Position numbers and translations under genes: made by a program. Below, one piece after another: positions 9,649 to 18,810 of a stretch of DNA of 64,000 nucleotides (position 1 is its first letter; the number at the start of each line of letters is the position of its first letter). The notes under the pieces were generated by a model. That model made no database searches. It was not told the origin of the DNA and saw only the letters and a program-made list of their open reading frames with translations. The stretch comes from SAR324 cluster bacterium REDSEA-S27_B3 (GTDB taxonomy: Bacteria > SAR324 > NAC60-12), in contig LUQO01000003.1 of NCBI GenBank assembly GCA_001627865.1, positions 38,092 through 102,091 of the forward strand. Reading direction: 5' to 3'.

Positions 9649-9855
9649 TTACTTTTTCAAACATTTTATTCGTGCTGTGTCTTCCTCATAGGCAAGTACC
9701 TCGTAATGTCTGCCGCAACGTTCAAAAGCATGAACTTTTAGTTCTTCCGCGGTTCTGGCTTTGACATATAATTCAGGCAGTTTAGTCTCACAAGCTCCCG
9801 CAAGAAACATCATTAAAATCAAAAAGAGATACTTGAAATGATTCATTGTCATCAT
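9649..9855 (-). CDS. small lipoprotein
   Basis: Hydrophobic N-terminus, lipobox AGA-C, two further Cys. Confidence 0.6.
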   Translation of the reverse strand: MMTMNHFKYLFLILMMFLAGACETKLPELYVKARTAEELKVHAFERCGRHYEVLAYEEDTARIKCLKK

Positions 9856-9985
9856 TTGTTATTTCAGTGAATCTGGCTTAAGGGTTACAATTTCAACTTT
9901 CCTGCCTACAGAAAGACTAATGCGTTGTTCATTTTATGGTAGCAATTTACGATTTCAAGATTGACTTTTATTATCCGTACAAGTT

Positions 9986-11845
9986 TCATGGTGCCCATCT
10001 GTTTTTGCTGATTAAATCATAAGCAAGCCTGTCCCAGGCCAGCAAGAGTGCTTCCAGTTTATCAAAATATGAGTCGTCCGCGTCCGTGTGCAGTTTTCCG
10101 TACTCCATGCGCTGGTTAAGAGAGTGTTTGAGATAACCGCGGTCAGTGATTATTCCTACCAATGATCCTTCCCTTACAAGAGCAAAAGATTCTTTTTTGC
10201 TCATCAAACTTGTACCAAGTCCGGAGTATTCTGCATCTAATCCCATCAACTCAATAAAAGTAGGCATTAAATCCAGTTGGGAAGAAACCGTCTCAATTTC
10301 TTTTGATTTGAAAATTTCAGGGGCAAAAAAAATCAACGGGATTCTGAATCTTTGCAAAAAATCGCCATTCTGGAAATGAGCCAGAACATGATCTGCAGTA
10401 ACCACAAATATTGTTTTTTTGAACCATACCTCTTTTCGTGCTTTGGAGATAAACTCACCAATTGCCCAGTCAGTGTAATGGAGTGAATTAAGATAACCGC
10501 TTTCTCCTGTTGCATGATGTGGATGACGATTGAAAGGAGCCTTCAGTTTTGGGAAGGGAGTGTGATCCGTATTGAGACTGATGAAAGCGAGGAATTGAGT
10601 ATCATAATTATTTATTTTTTCCAAACTGAACATCAGTGTTTCATAATCCCAGCCCAGGCTTCTATCTTTCTCTTCCGGATGGTAATCAAGCAGCAGCGGT
10701 ATATCTTCTTTGCCATAATATTCACGAAAACCTGTGGAGCCTGCAATTTCCCGGAACAGGAATGATTCACGCAGTGTGCTGTTAACAAATATTGTAGATA
10801 TTCCATTTTGTTCCGCAAGAGAGGCAATTTTTGAATAATTTGCTGAAAGATGACTAATTGCCGGAAGACCCAATATTGAAGGTAATCCTGCCAGCACAGA
10901 CTGTACCCCTTCAATACTGCGTTGACCATGAGAATAAAATTGATTGAACTTCCAGCCTTCCGTACTCATTCTATCTAAATTCGGTGTGATTTTATATTTA
11001 TTGCCGCTAAAACTGTCTACATATCTAGGCGTAAGACTTTCAACTAACAGAACAACCAAATTGTAATGTTGTCCTGAATCAGGTTTATTTTTTTTAGCCA
11101 GAGGATATTGTTTTTTCCAAAAATCATCAGGTAAATTCAAAGTCTTTATTATTTGTTCTTTTGAAATTATCTTGCGTGCTACAGGTGCAGACAGGCTGGA
11201 TTGAGCAGCAGAAAATACTCCGTTAAGTACCAGGTTCCCAAAACTGCTGTTTCCGGAAGAATAAGCATGAACAATTGCCAGTGGTTTCATTCCAATCCCT
11301 CCTCTACCTGCAATTATCACGAAGAAAAAAAAGAGAATGAATTTAATCCAATGCCGACTTACAGGCCGTATTGGAATCATTACAAGCCTGATCCAGTAAT
11401 AGAATCCCAAAATTGCAAGCACCAGCCAGACAGCAAAATATCCTGGATTTGCGGCAACTTCCTTGAACAGGTAACTGATATCTTTCCATAAAAATAACAG
11501 CTCATTTGTAAAATGACGTTTCACATATCCAAAATAAACAATATCTATAATTAAAAGAGTGCTTTGTGCTGCAATCAAAAAAAAGACTAACAGTGATAAC
11601 ATAAATTGCCACCACTGATGATTACTCCAGGGAACAGGTAGGGCCATTAATAGCAAAGGTATGCCTAAAATCACAGCTAATGATGCAAGGTCAAAACGAA
11701 GCCCGTGAAAAAAGCCAAGTAATACATCTTCGAAAGTCAGTGAACTGAAGTAATCCTGATGAACGAGCAATATCCCAATACGCGCCAGCATGAAAACAAA
11801 AAGACCGATCCCGAGATAAGCAAATATTTTTTGAAATATACTCAT
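9986..11845 (-). CDS. LTA synthase / phosphoglycerol transferase family (sulfatase fold) membrane protein
   Basis: Five N-terminal TMs, HGLRFD, VLLVES, DHTPF, YTDWAIG, TADH, SQLDLMPT. Confidence 0.9.
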   Translation of the reverse strand: MSIFQKIFAYLGIGLFVFMLARIGILLVHQDYFSSLTFEDVLLGFFHGLRFDLASLAVILGIPLLLMALPVPWSNHQWWQFMLSLLVFFLIAAQSTLLIIDIVYFGYVKRHFTNELLFLWKDISYLFKEVAANPGYFAVWLVLAILGFYYWIRLVMIPIRPVSRHWIKFILFFFFVIIAGRGGIGMKPLAIVHAYSSGNSSFGNLVLNGVFSAAQSSLSAPVARKIISKEQIIKTLNLPDDFWKKQYPLAKKNKPDSGQHYNLVVLLVESLTPRYVDSFSGNKYKITPNLDRMSTEGWKFNQFYSHGQRSIEGVQSVLAGLPSILGLPAISHLSANYSKIASLAEQNGISTIFVNSTLRESFLFREIAGSTGFREYYGKEDIPLLLDYHPEEKDRSLGWDYETLMFSLEKINNYDTQFLAFISLNTDHTPFPKLKAPFNRHPHHATGESGYLNSLHYTDWAIGEFISKARKEVWFKKTIFVVTADHVLAHFQNGDFLQRFRIPLIFFAPEIFKSKEIETVSSQLDLMPTFIELMGLDAEYSGLGTSLMSKKESFALVREGSLVGIITDRGYLKHSLNQRMEYGKLHTDADDSYFDKLEALLLAWDRLAYDLISKNRWAP

Positions 11846-11947
11846 TTTAGATTGATTGATGATATCGGTGATGTTTTTTACTGCAGATTCAGGATAATTA
11901 TATTACCACATAATTTTTCCTCAATGTAGAGTCATTTAAGAATTGCG

Positions 11948-11976
11948 TTGACTGATTATCAATTTCAGGTTATGTT
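11948..11976 (+). promoter_or_regulatory. sigma70-like promoter for the rplY operon
   Basis: TTGACT-N17-TATGTT, 46 nt before the rplY ATG. Confidence 0.45.
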
Positions 11977-12022
11977 TAATGGTTAATTTTTTTCTAACCC
12001 ATCCCATTGATGGAAAATAGTC

Positions 12023-12691
12023 ATGTTACAAAACCAATTAGTCGCCAGCATTCGCAGAAACAAAGGGAAATCAGCGAATCATAAATTACGTCAAGCCGGC
12101 AAAATCCCAGCCACACTGTACGGACCTCGAGGGAATATTCTGCTTGAAATGGCAGAGGAATCAACCCGTCATATTCTGGAGAAAATGTCCGGCATGCATG
12201 AGCTTGTACCAATCACTGTCACCGATCCAGTCAATGATGAAGACTGGACCGCACAGGTTTTGCTAAGGGAAATTCAGAAGCATCCATACAAACACCAGCT
12301 TATACATCTTGATTTTTGGGAACTGCCTGAAACAAAATCTCAAGTCGTCCGTGTACCTATTCATGTTACAGGCGAACCAGCAGGAGTAAAAAGTGGCGGA
12401 GTTCTTCAAATGGTTGTCCGGGATATTCCTGTTAGTTGTCTTCCTGCAAATATACCATCAAAGCTTGTAGTCGATGTGTCACGACTTGAAATTGGGGATT
12501 CTATCAAGATTCAGGATGTTGAGTTGCCTGAAAAAGTTGAGCTGAGTGCAGAAGAGAATTATGCCATAATTTCAATTGTAGGACGTGCGAAAGAAGAGGA
12601 GGAAGAGGTAGAAGAACTTGAAGAAGAAGGAGAAGAAGGCGTAGATGAATCTTCTGAAGAAGATTCTGAAGATGAAGAAACAAAAGAGTGA
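12023..12691 (+). CDS. rplY: 50S ribosomal protein bL25 (Ctc form)
   Basis: KLRQAGKIPATLYG, HLDF, GVKSGGVL; acidic tail; precedes pth. Confidence 0.95.
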   Translation: MLQNQLVASIRRNKGKSANHKLRQAGKIPATLYGPRGNILLEMAEESTRHILEKMSGMHELVPITVTDPVNDEDWTAQVLLREIQKHPYKHQLIHLDFWELPETKSQVVRVPIHVTGEPAGVKSGGVLQMVVRDIPVSCLPANIPSKLVVDVSRLEIGDSIKIQDVELPEKVELSAEENYAIISIVGRAKEEEEEVEELEEEGEEGVDESSEEDSEDEETKE

Positions 12692-12729
12692 GTGTAAATT
12701 TATAACGTCTCAAACAAAGAAGGTTGGTC

Positions 12730-13299
12730 ATGAAACTGGTGGCCGGTCTGGGGAATCCAGGCAAGGAGTATGAATGTACGCCTCACAATGTTGGGTTTCA
12801 AGTTGTAGATTTACTCACAAAACATCTGGGAATATCAAAATTTCAGCAAAAGTTCCACAGCCAATTTTGCCGTACATCAATAAATGGAGAGTCGTGCCTT
12901 ATAATCAAGCCTCTTACCTATATGAACAGGAGTGGTGAGGCTGTTGCTGAATTTGTAAATTATTTTAATATTCCTGCGGAAAATATTGTAATTATTTCCG
13001 ATGATATCGACTTGCCACCAGGCAAAGTTCGATTTAGGGAAGAAGGCGGGCATGGAGGACATAACGGTTTGCGTTCTATCATCGAATCGTTAGGAAACAG
13101 CAATTTCCGCAGAATCAGATTTGGCATTGGAAGACCTGCAGATAAACAAGGCGTTGTTGGTCACGTCCTTGGCCGCTGGTCAAAGGCTGAAGAAAAACTA
13201 ACCAGAAATGCTTTTGATATTGCTCTGATTGAGTTAATGAGGTTTTTGGAAACTTCTCAATTTCAGAACGTGTCTTTTTCAATTCCGGAACTTTCATAG
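12730..13299 (+). CDS. pth: peptidyl-tRNA hydrolase
   Basis: GLGNPG, HNVGF, KPLTYMNRSG, GGHNGLRSI. Confidence 0.97.
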   Translation: MKLVAGLGNPGKEYECTPHNVGFQVVDLLTKHLGISKFQQKFHSQFCRTSINGESCLIIKPLTYMNRSGEAVAEFVNYFNIPAENIVIISDDIDLPPGKVRFREEGGHGGHNGLRSIIESLGNSNFRRIRFGIGRPADKQGVVGHVLGRWSKAEEKLTRNAFDIALIELMRFLETSQFQNVSFSIPELS

Positions 13300-13346
13300 A
13301 TTAATGAAAAACAAAATTATTTCTAAGTTAGGTTTTTAATAAAGTT

Positions 13347-14438
13347 ATGTCATTAGAAGTTGGTATTGTCGGTTTACCTAATGTAGGGAAGTCCACTCTA
13401 TTCAGGGCATTGACTAAAGTTCAGGCGGAAGTAGCTAACTATCCCTTTTGTACAATTGACCCAAATTATGGAATAGTTAAGCTGAATGACTCCCGGGTAA
13501 CCCGATTAACAGAACTTATTAATCCGGTACGTGTTGTCCCAGCGACACTAAAAGTGGTGGATATAGCAGGGCTTGTAAAAGGCGCCAGTAAGGGTGAAGG
13601 TTTAGGGAATCAGTTTTTGAGCTACATCAGAGAGGTAGACGCCATTGCGCATGTTGTACGATGTTTTGAAGGTCCAGGTGTAGTACATGTTGAAAGCAAA
13701 CATGATCCTGTTGGAGATGTTCTTGTTATTCAGACTGAGCTGATTTTGTCAGATTTTGAACAGGTTGAAAGGAAAATCGAGAAATTAAAACAAAAGATGA
13801 AAGGCGATAGTGATGCAGCAGCAGTATTGCCTGTTTTTGAAAAGCTGCAGGAACATTTAGGAGAGGGCAAGCCAGCAATTAGCGCAAAATTAGATCCAGA
13901 TGAGAAAGCATTTATAAATGAATTAAGTTTACTGACCATGAAGCCTTATCTGTATATTGCAAATGTCTCAGAAGATCAACTCGGAAAAACCAATATTTAT
14001 GAGCAGCAGTTACGTGAATTTGCAGATCAGGAGAATATGGAAGTTATTCCAATCTGTGCTAAAGTTGAATCAGAACTCTCAGACATGGCTGATGAAGAGT
14101 CACACTATTTCATGGAAGAACTGGGTATTGACGGTACCGGAATAGATCAGCTTTCTCATTCAGGATACAGGATGCTTGAGCAGATAACTTATTTTACTGC
14201 AACTAAAAATGAAGTGAGAGCATGGGAAATCCGGAGAGGAGCAACTGCTCCGGAAGCTGCAGGAAAAATTCATACTGATTTTGAAAAAGGCTTCATCAGA
14301 GCCGAAGTCTTTCATTTTGACGACATTGACAGGCTGGAATCAGAGTCCTCTGTCAAGGAAGCTGGACGCTGGCGTCTTGAAGGACGAGATTACGTAGTGA
14401 AGGACGGTGACATTATGCTCTTTCGCTTCAACACATAA
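13347..14438 (+). CDS. ychF: redox-regulated ATPase YchF
   Basis: GLPNVGKSTLF, NYPFCTIDPN, DIAGLVKGASKGEGLGNQFL, AAGKIHTDF. Confidence 0.98.
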   Translation: MSLEVGIVGLPNVGKSTLFRALTKVQAEVANYPFCTIDPNYGIVKLNDSRVTRLTELINPVRVVPATLKVVDIAGLVKGASKGEGLGNQFLSYIREVDAIAHVVRCFEGPGVVHVESKHDPVGDVLVIQTELILSDFEQVERKIEKLKQKMKGDSDAAAVLPVFEKLQEHLGEGKPAISAKLDPDEKAFINELSLLTMKPYLYIANVSEDQLGKTNIYEQQLREFADQENMEVIPICAKVESELSDMADEESHYFMEELGIDGTGIDQLSHSGYRMLEQITYFTATKNEVRAWEIRRGATAPEAAGKIHTDFEKGFIRAEVFHFDDIDRLESESSVKEAGRWRLEGRDYVVKDGDIMLFRFNT

Positions 14439-14483
14439 ATAAATAATTAAAAACGCATTGGTACTTAAGATGTGTCTTTGCTG

Positions 14484-14542
14484 TTTCCTTGTTCACCGCG
14501 GTGGACTTATTGGTAAAATGCAATAATCCGAAAGGAAGTTAA
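14484..14542 (+). promoter_or_regulatory. candidate S6:S18-type ribosomal leader that sequesters the rpsF RBS
   Basis: TTTCCTT (14484-90) pairs with RBS AAGGAAG (14532-38) and encloses the GGA(C)TTATTG/CAATAATCC hairpin; canonical CCC motif not seen. Confidence 0.45.
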
Positions 14543-15073
14543 ATGAAAGGTTTTGAACTGGTATTTATTACAGATCCGTCTCTTAGTGATAAGGAGCTTG
14601 AATCCTTATTAAAAAATATTAAAATGAGCCTCAAAAAATCTGACGGGAAACTCATGCACAAATATGTATGGGGACGTCGCAGATTAGCTTATGAAATTGC
14701 GGGCAATGATTTTGGTGTTTATCACGCATGGTACTTCACAGGGAATGGAGAAACTGTAGATGAATTGCAAAGGCAATTTGGTTATTTAGATAATGTTTTG
14801 CGTCATCAAATTGTTAAGGCGGATGATCTTGATGCTGAGGCCGCATTCATGCAGAGCTTAATTCCACCTAAAGAAGAAAACGAGGTAAAAGAGGAAGTTC
14901 AGCAAGTAACGGAAGAAAGTGCTGATGCGGGAAAAGATGAGTCGGTAAATACAGAGAATGAAAAGTCCGAAAAAGCAGAAGAAACTCCCAAAGCTGAAAT
15001 TGAAGCAGAAGTAAGCAAAGATATACCTGAAAGTATTGTTAAAGAAGAGAAAACTGAAACAATAGAATCCTGA
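14543..15073 (+). CDS. rpsF: 30S ribosomal protein bS6 with long acidic tail
   Basis: ELVFI, WGRRRLAYEI, VLRH; about 70-aa Glu-rich extension. Confidence 0.95.
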   Translation: MKGFELVFITDPSLSDKELESLLKNIKMSLKKSDGKLMHKYVWGRRRLAYEIAGNDFGVYHAWYFTGNGETVDELQRQFGYLDNVLRHQIVKADDLDAEAAFMQSLIPPKEENEVKEEVQQVTEESADAGKDESVNTENEKSEKAEETPKAEIEAEVSKDIPESIVKEEKTETIES

Positions 15074-15138
15074 TTTCAAGTTATTCGCATCAACAATCTA
15101 TTAGATACTCACTAACTTATACATAAAAAGTTAAATTC

Positions 15139-15543
15139 ATGTTGAAAAAAAGAAGAAAACCTCATTTAAGAAGAAAACGTATACCCACAAGTATTTTATT
15201 ACGCAGCAAAAAAAAGACTTGTCCTTTTAAAGAAGCAGGCATTGATCGTATTGATTACAAAGATGTAGAATTGCTGAAAGGTTATGTGACCCAAGGTGGA
15301 AAGATAATACCAAGCAGGATTTCGGGCGTATGTGCAGCTAATCAAAGGATGTTAAAAATTGCAGTTAGACGTGCACGTAATATAGCCCTGCTCTCTCCAA
15401 TGAAGGGATATGTCCCGCAGCAATTAAAAATAGATCGAAGATATGCGGCAAAAACAATTACACATCCATCTCAAAGTAGTAAGGCTGAGATCAAGTCTGA
15501 AAATCAAGAAAGTAATGACATTCAACCTACGGAAATATCGTGA
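15139..15543 (+). CDS. rpsR: 30S ribosomal protein bS18 with terminal extensions
   Basis: [36 protein letters not shown]. Confidence 0.95.
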   Translation: MLKKRRKPHLRRKRIPTSILLRSKKKTCPFKEAGIDRIDYKDVELLKGYVTQGGKIIPSRISGVCAANQRMLKIAVRRARNIALLSPMKGYVPQQLKIDRRYAAKTITHPSQSSKAEIKSENQESNDIQPTEIS

Positions 15544-16097
15544 AAGTAATACTGACCAAAGATGTAGAAAATTTAGGATCTTTAGGAGACACAATTGAGG
15601 TAAAACCGGGCTACGGCCGCAATTATCTGATACCTCAGGGAGTCGCGCTACTGGCTAAAGGGAAAGCTTCAAAAGAAGTGCGTCACCGCCTGCAATATCT
15701 TGAGAAATTGCGTGAGGGTAAAATCGCCCTTGCACTTGAGCAAGCTGATAAGCTGAAAGCACTTAAACTGGAAGTAATTAGAAAAGCAGGTCCCAGTGGC
15801 AGGTTGTTTGGCTCAGTAACAAACCGGGATTTAAATCTCCTGCTTAAAGAAAATGATTTTGAATTCAATCGACGTTCAATCCAATTGAATTCACCTATTC
15901 GTGATATTGGCACTCATGAATTTAATGTGCGTATCCATTCAGAAGTTTCAGTAACATTGCAGGTTCAGGTATCAGCAGATACTGAGGATAATTCTGCTGA
16001 ACAAGCAGCTGAAAGCCCAGCGACAGATCAAAATGTTGAGGCAACTCCGTTAGAAAATGATAAAACTGAAACTACTCAAAATAATGAGCAGGATTAA
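15540..16097 (+). CDS. rplI: 50S ribosomal protein bL9
   Basis: [31 protein letters not shown]; GTG start overlaps the rpsR stop. Confidence 0.97.
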   Translation: MKVILTKDVENLGSLGDTIEVKPGYGRNYLIPQGVALLAKGKASKEVRHRLQYLEKLREGKIALALEQADKLKALKLEVIRKAGPSGRLFGSVTNRDLNLLLKENDFEFNRRSIQLNSPIRDIGTHEFNVRIHSEVSVTLQVQVSADTEDNSAEQAAESPATDQNVEATPLENDKTETTQNNEQD

Positions 16098-16227
16098 AGG
16101 CATTTGCTAATAAGACTCAGGAATAAGAAAATTAATTCCTTAGATTTTTGCATTGTTTCTGAAGATTTATTAGTAACATTTCCTGTTACCTAACCCATTA
16201 TTCCTTATCTCCAAATCCGTAGTAACA

Positions 16228-17652
16228 ATGCTTTCTTCAAAATCCAAATCTGAACAATTTTCTGTCACAGAACATTCAAAAAAATCACGTTCGCAGACAA
16301 CAGATCTTGGAGAAATTCTGCCAAATGACAAGATGGCGGAGCAAGCTGTACTTGGAGCAATAATCATTCAGAATTCAATCCTGCCTCAGATACTTGATAT
16401 CATCAATACCGATGATTTCTTCTCTCCTGCAAATCAATATATTTTTGAAGCCATGCAGGACATGGCTAAAGAAGAACCTCCCATTCCCATAGACGAGCTG
16501 ACCCTCTTACGTCAACTTGAATCTAAACAGCAACTTGAACAAACCGGCGGTGTCGATTATTTGAACGAGTTGTCGCAGAAAACACCTGTTGCAGAAAATG
16601 CAGAGTTTTATGCATATATTGTAAGAGAAAAAGGACAATTGCGTGACATAATTCTCACAGCTCATGAAGTTGCAAAACGTGGACAAGAGGGTGGAACAGA
16701 CAATATCTCAGAATTTATTGACGAGGCCACCGACCGTCTGCGTTCAATAGATGCACGAACCCGTCTGAGAAGATATTCACATCTCAAAGATGTTCTTGCC
16801 GCAAATTTTGAACTACTCGAAAAAATTTCTGAATCACCAGAAAATGTAACAGGTGTACCCACAGGTTTTACAGAATTGGATGAAATGACGCGTGGCCTGC
16901 AAAATGGTGATTTGATTATTATTGCTGCTCGTCCATCTATGGGCAAAACTGCTCTGGCAATTAATATGGCACTTTATGCTTCAGGACATGCTCAAATTCC
17001 ATCTCTATTTTTCAGCCTGGAAATGCCAAAAGAACATATTGCCATGCGTCTTATATGCAGTGAAGCAAAAGTAAATAACAGCAAATTACTGATTGGCGAC
17101 CTTAATCAGCATGACTGGGACAAACTGATGGAGGGAACTACGCGTATGATGGAAGCCCCATTGTTGATTGATGACCGTTCCGCAATTAATCCGAACTACG
17201 TAAGACAGGTAATTCGCCAGGCAAAAAATGAATATCCATCACTTGGGCTTGTAGTTGTTGATTATGTTCAACTGATGCAAAGTAATTTGAGGAATCCTTC
17301 ACGGGAACAGGAAATAGCTGAAATTTCACGATCCATGAAAGCTATGGCCAAGGAGTTTTCACTGCCAATGGTTGTTCTTTCCCAGTTGAACCGCAGTCTG
17401 GAAAGACGTACAGAAAAACGTCCAATGATGTCTGATTTAAGAGAATCAGGAGCACTTGAGCAGGACGCAGACCTGATATTCTTTATTTATCGTGATGAAG
17501 TTTATAACGAAGATTCTGAGGACAAGGGAATTGCTGAAATTAGTATTGCAAAACATAGAAACGGTGCAATCGGTACCAAACGACTCGCTTTTATTGGCCA
17601 GTACACAAAATTTGCCAATTTGGCTTTGAGAACAAACAATTCCGTATCTTAG
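16228..17652 (+). CDS. dnaB: replicative DNA helicase
   Basis: AEQAVLG, AARPSMGKT, FSLEM, VDYVQL, LSQLNR, SDLRESGALEQDAD, AKHRNG; no intein. Confidence 0.98.
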   Translation: MLSSKSKSEQFSVTEHSKKSRSQTTDLGEILPNDKMAEQAVLGAIIIQNSILPQILDIINTDDFFSPANQYIFEAMQDMAKEEPPIPIDELTLLRQLESKQQLEQTGGVDYLNELSQKTPVAENAEFYAYIVREKGQLRDIILTAHEVAKRGQEGGTDNISEFIDEATDRLRSIDARTRLRRYSHLKDVLAANFELLEKISESPENVTGVPTGFTELDEMTRGLQNGDLIIIAARPSMGKTALAINMALYASGHAQIPSLFFSLEMPKEHIAMRLICSEAKVNNSKLLIGDLNQHDWDKLMEGTTRMMEAPLLIDDRSAINPNYVRQVIRQAKNEYPSLGLVVVDYVQLMQSNLRNPSREQEIAEISRSMKAMAKEFSLPMVVLSQLNRSLERRTEKRPMMSDLRESGALEQDADLIFFIYRDEVYNEDSEDKGIAEISIAKHRNGAIGTKRLAFIGQYTKFANLALRTNNSVS

Positions 17653-17814
17653 TTTACAATGATGAATAAGCTGTTTAATACAGAATTTTTTGGAATCACA
17701 GGTTTTCTACATATACTTCATGGAAAATTATATCCTTATTATAAATTTCCTATGTTCGAGTTTATTTACCGCGATAGTAAAACCATCCGTTAGTCCTTCC
17801 TGGAAAAAAATCTG

Positions 17815-18810
17815 ATGCAAAACCTAGAAGAACTGCAACAGTACATATTCGGTCTGACTGATGAGTCTATTTTAACCGGACATACAGTAGTTGCTGCTCC
17901 GGGGTGCCTGCCTGCTCCATGTTTCCCTGATATTATCAGCAAAGTTTTGGGAATGGTAACTGAGCATGAATGGGATGACCTTTCCGACCGTGCGCAAAAT
18001 TACCTCAAATGGATCACTGTAAAAGCAGAGTCCATTGACGCACTTGCCCCTCGTCCATTGGAGTCGACCACATGTGGATTTGAGTTGCTTGCAATTGATA
18101 GAGATTGTAACAGTTTTGGTGAAATTGTATTGCGTTCACAGGACTTAAATATTCCCTCTGTGCTGCTGCGATTTGCTTCTCTGATTGCAACTTTTCTGAT
18201 GGTCCGGCTCCTGCGTCAACACATGGAACGAGATCAGGTAATTATGCCTTCACTTACTTTCACTCAAAACGTTGATGCCAACTATCTGAATTATCCGCGC
18301 ACTTTGAAAACTCTGTTGGAATTATTCCCGGAATATCAGCAAATGTTTTATTTTGAAATCAATGAAGAAATAACTGAGGATTACCTGAAAACTATACGTG
18401 CGCTTGCTGAAGATTTGGGGATTAGACTGGCTCTGGATGATACTAATAAAATGGATACAAATGTCCACCATCAATTGCTTGATCTTGCAGACTGGATTAA
18501 GATTGACTTTCAAGAGACAGCATCGCTGGAGGAACAGCTGATGTCAGGAGACGGTGAAAAAATTATCATGCATTTTGAAGAATATGCTGATGGCGCACGT
18601 TCCCCGGTGATTGTTTTTGAGGGACTCACGGAATACTCACCATTGAAAGTTTTTCTTGAACAGCGCTGGAAACAAAGTAACACTGAACTTTATTTTCAAA
18701 GCCGTGAAAGGTCCCCTGTTCCACCTTGGAATAAATATTTTGGCTTAATTCAGAATTATCATGATGATAAGTATGGTCTCTTTTTTAAAGGCTTGATCAA
18801 TGAGCAGTAA
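17815..18810 (+). CDS. stand-alone divergent EAL-domain protein
   Basis: GFELLA, FEINEE, LALDD, IKID, VFEG and FQ in EAL order; loop 6 degenerate. Confidence 0.7.
   Translation: MQNLEELQQYIFGLTDESILTGHTVVAAPGCLPAPCFPDIISKVLGMVTEHEWDDLSDRAQNYLKWITVKAESIDALAPRPLESTTCGFELLAIDRDCNSFGEIVLRSQDLNIPSVLLRFASLIATFLMVRLLRQHMERDQVIMPSLTFTQNVDANYLNYPRTLKTLLELFPEYQQMFYFEINEEITEDYLKTIRALAEDLGIRLALDDTNKMDTNVHHQLLDLADWIKIDFQETASLEEQLMSGDGEKIIMHFEEYADGARSPVIVFEGLTEYSPLKVFLEQRWKQSNTELYFQSRERSPVPPWNKYFGLIQNYHDDKYGLFFKGLINEQ

Noticed and set aside
9485-9691. 68-aa plus-strand ORF from the track
   Set aside because: Overlaps the convergent lipoprotein and has no RBS; the 33-aa frame at 9531 is more protein-like
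16228-17652. Intein in DnaB
   Set aside because: Length is normal and the motifs are contiguous
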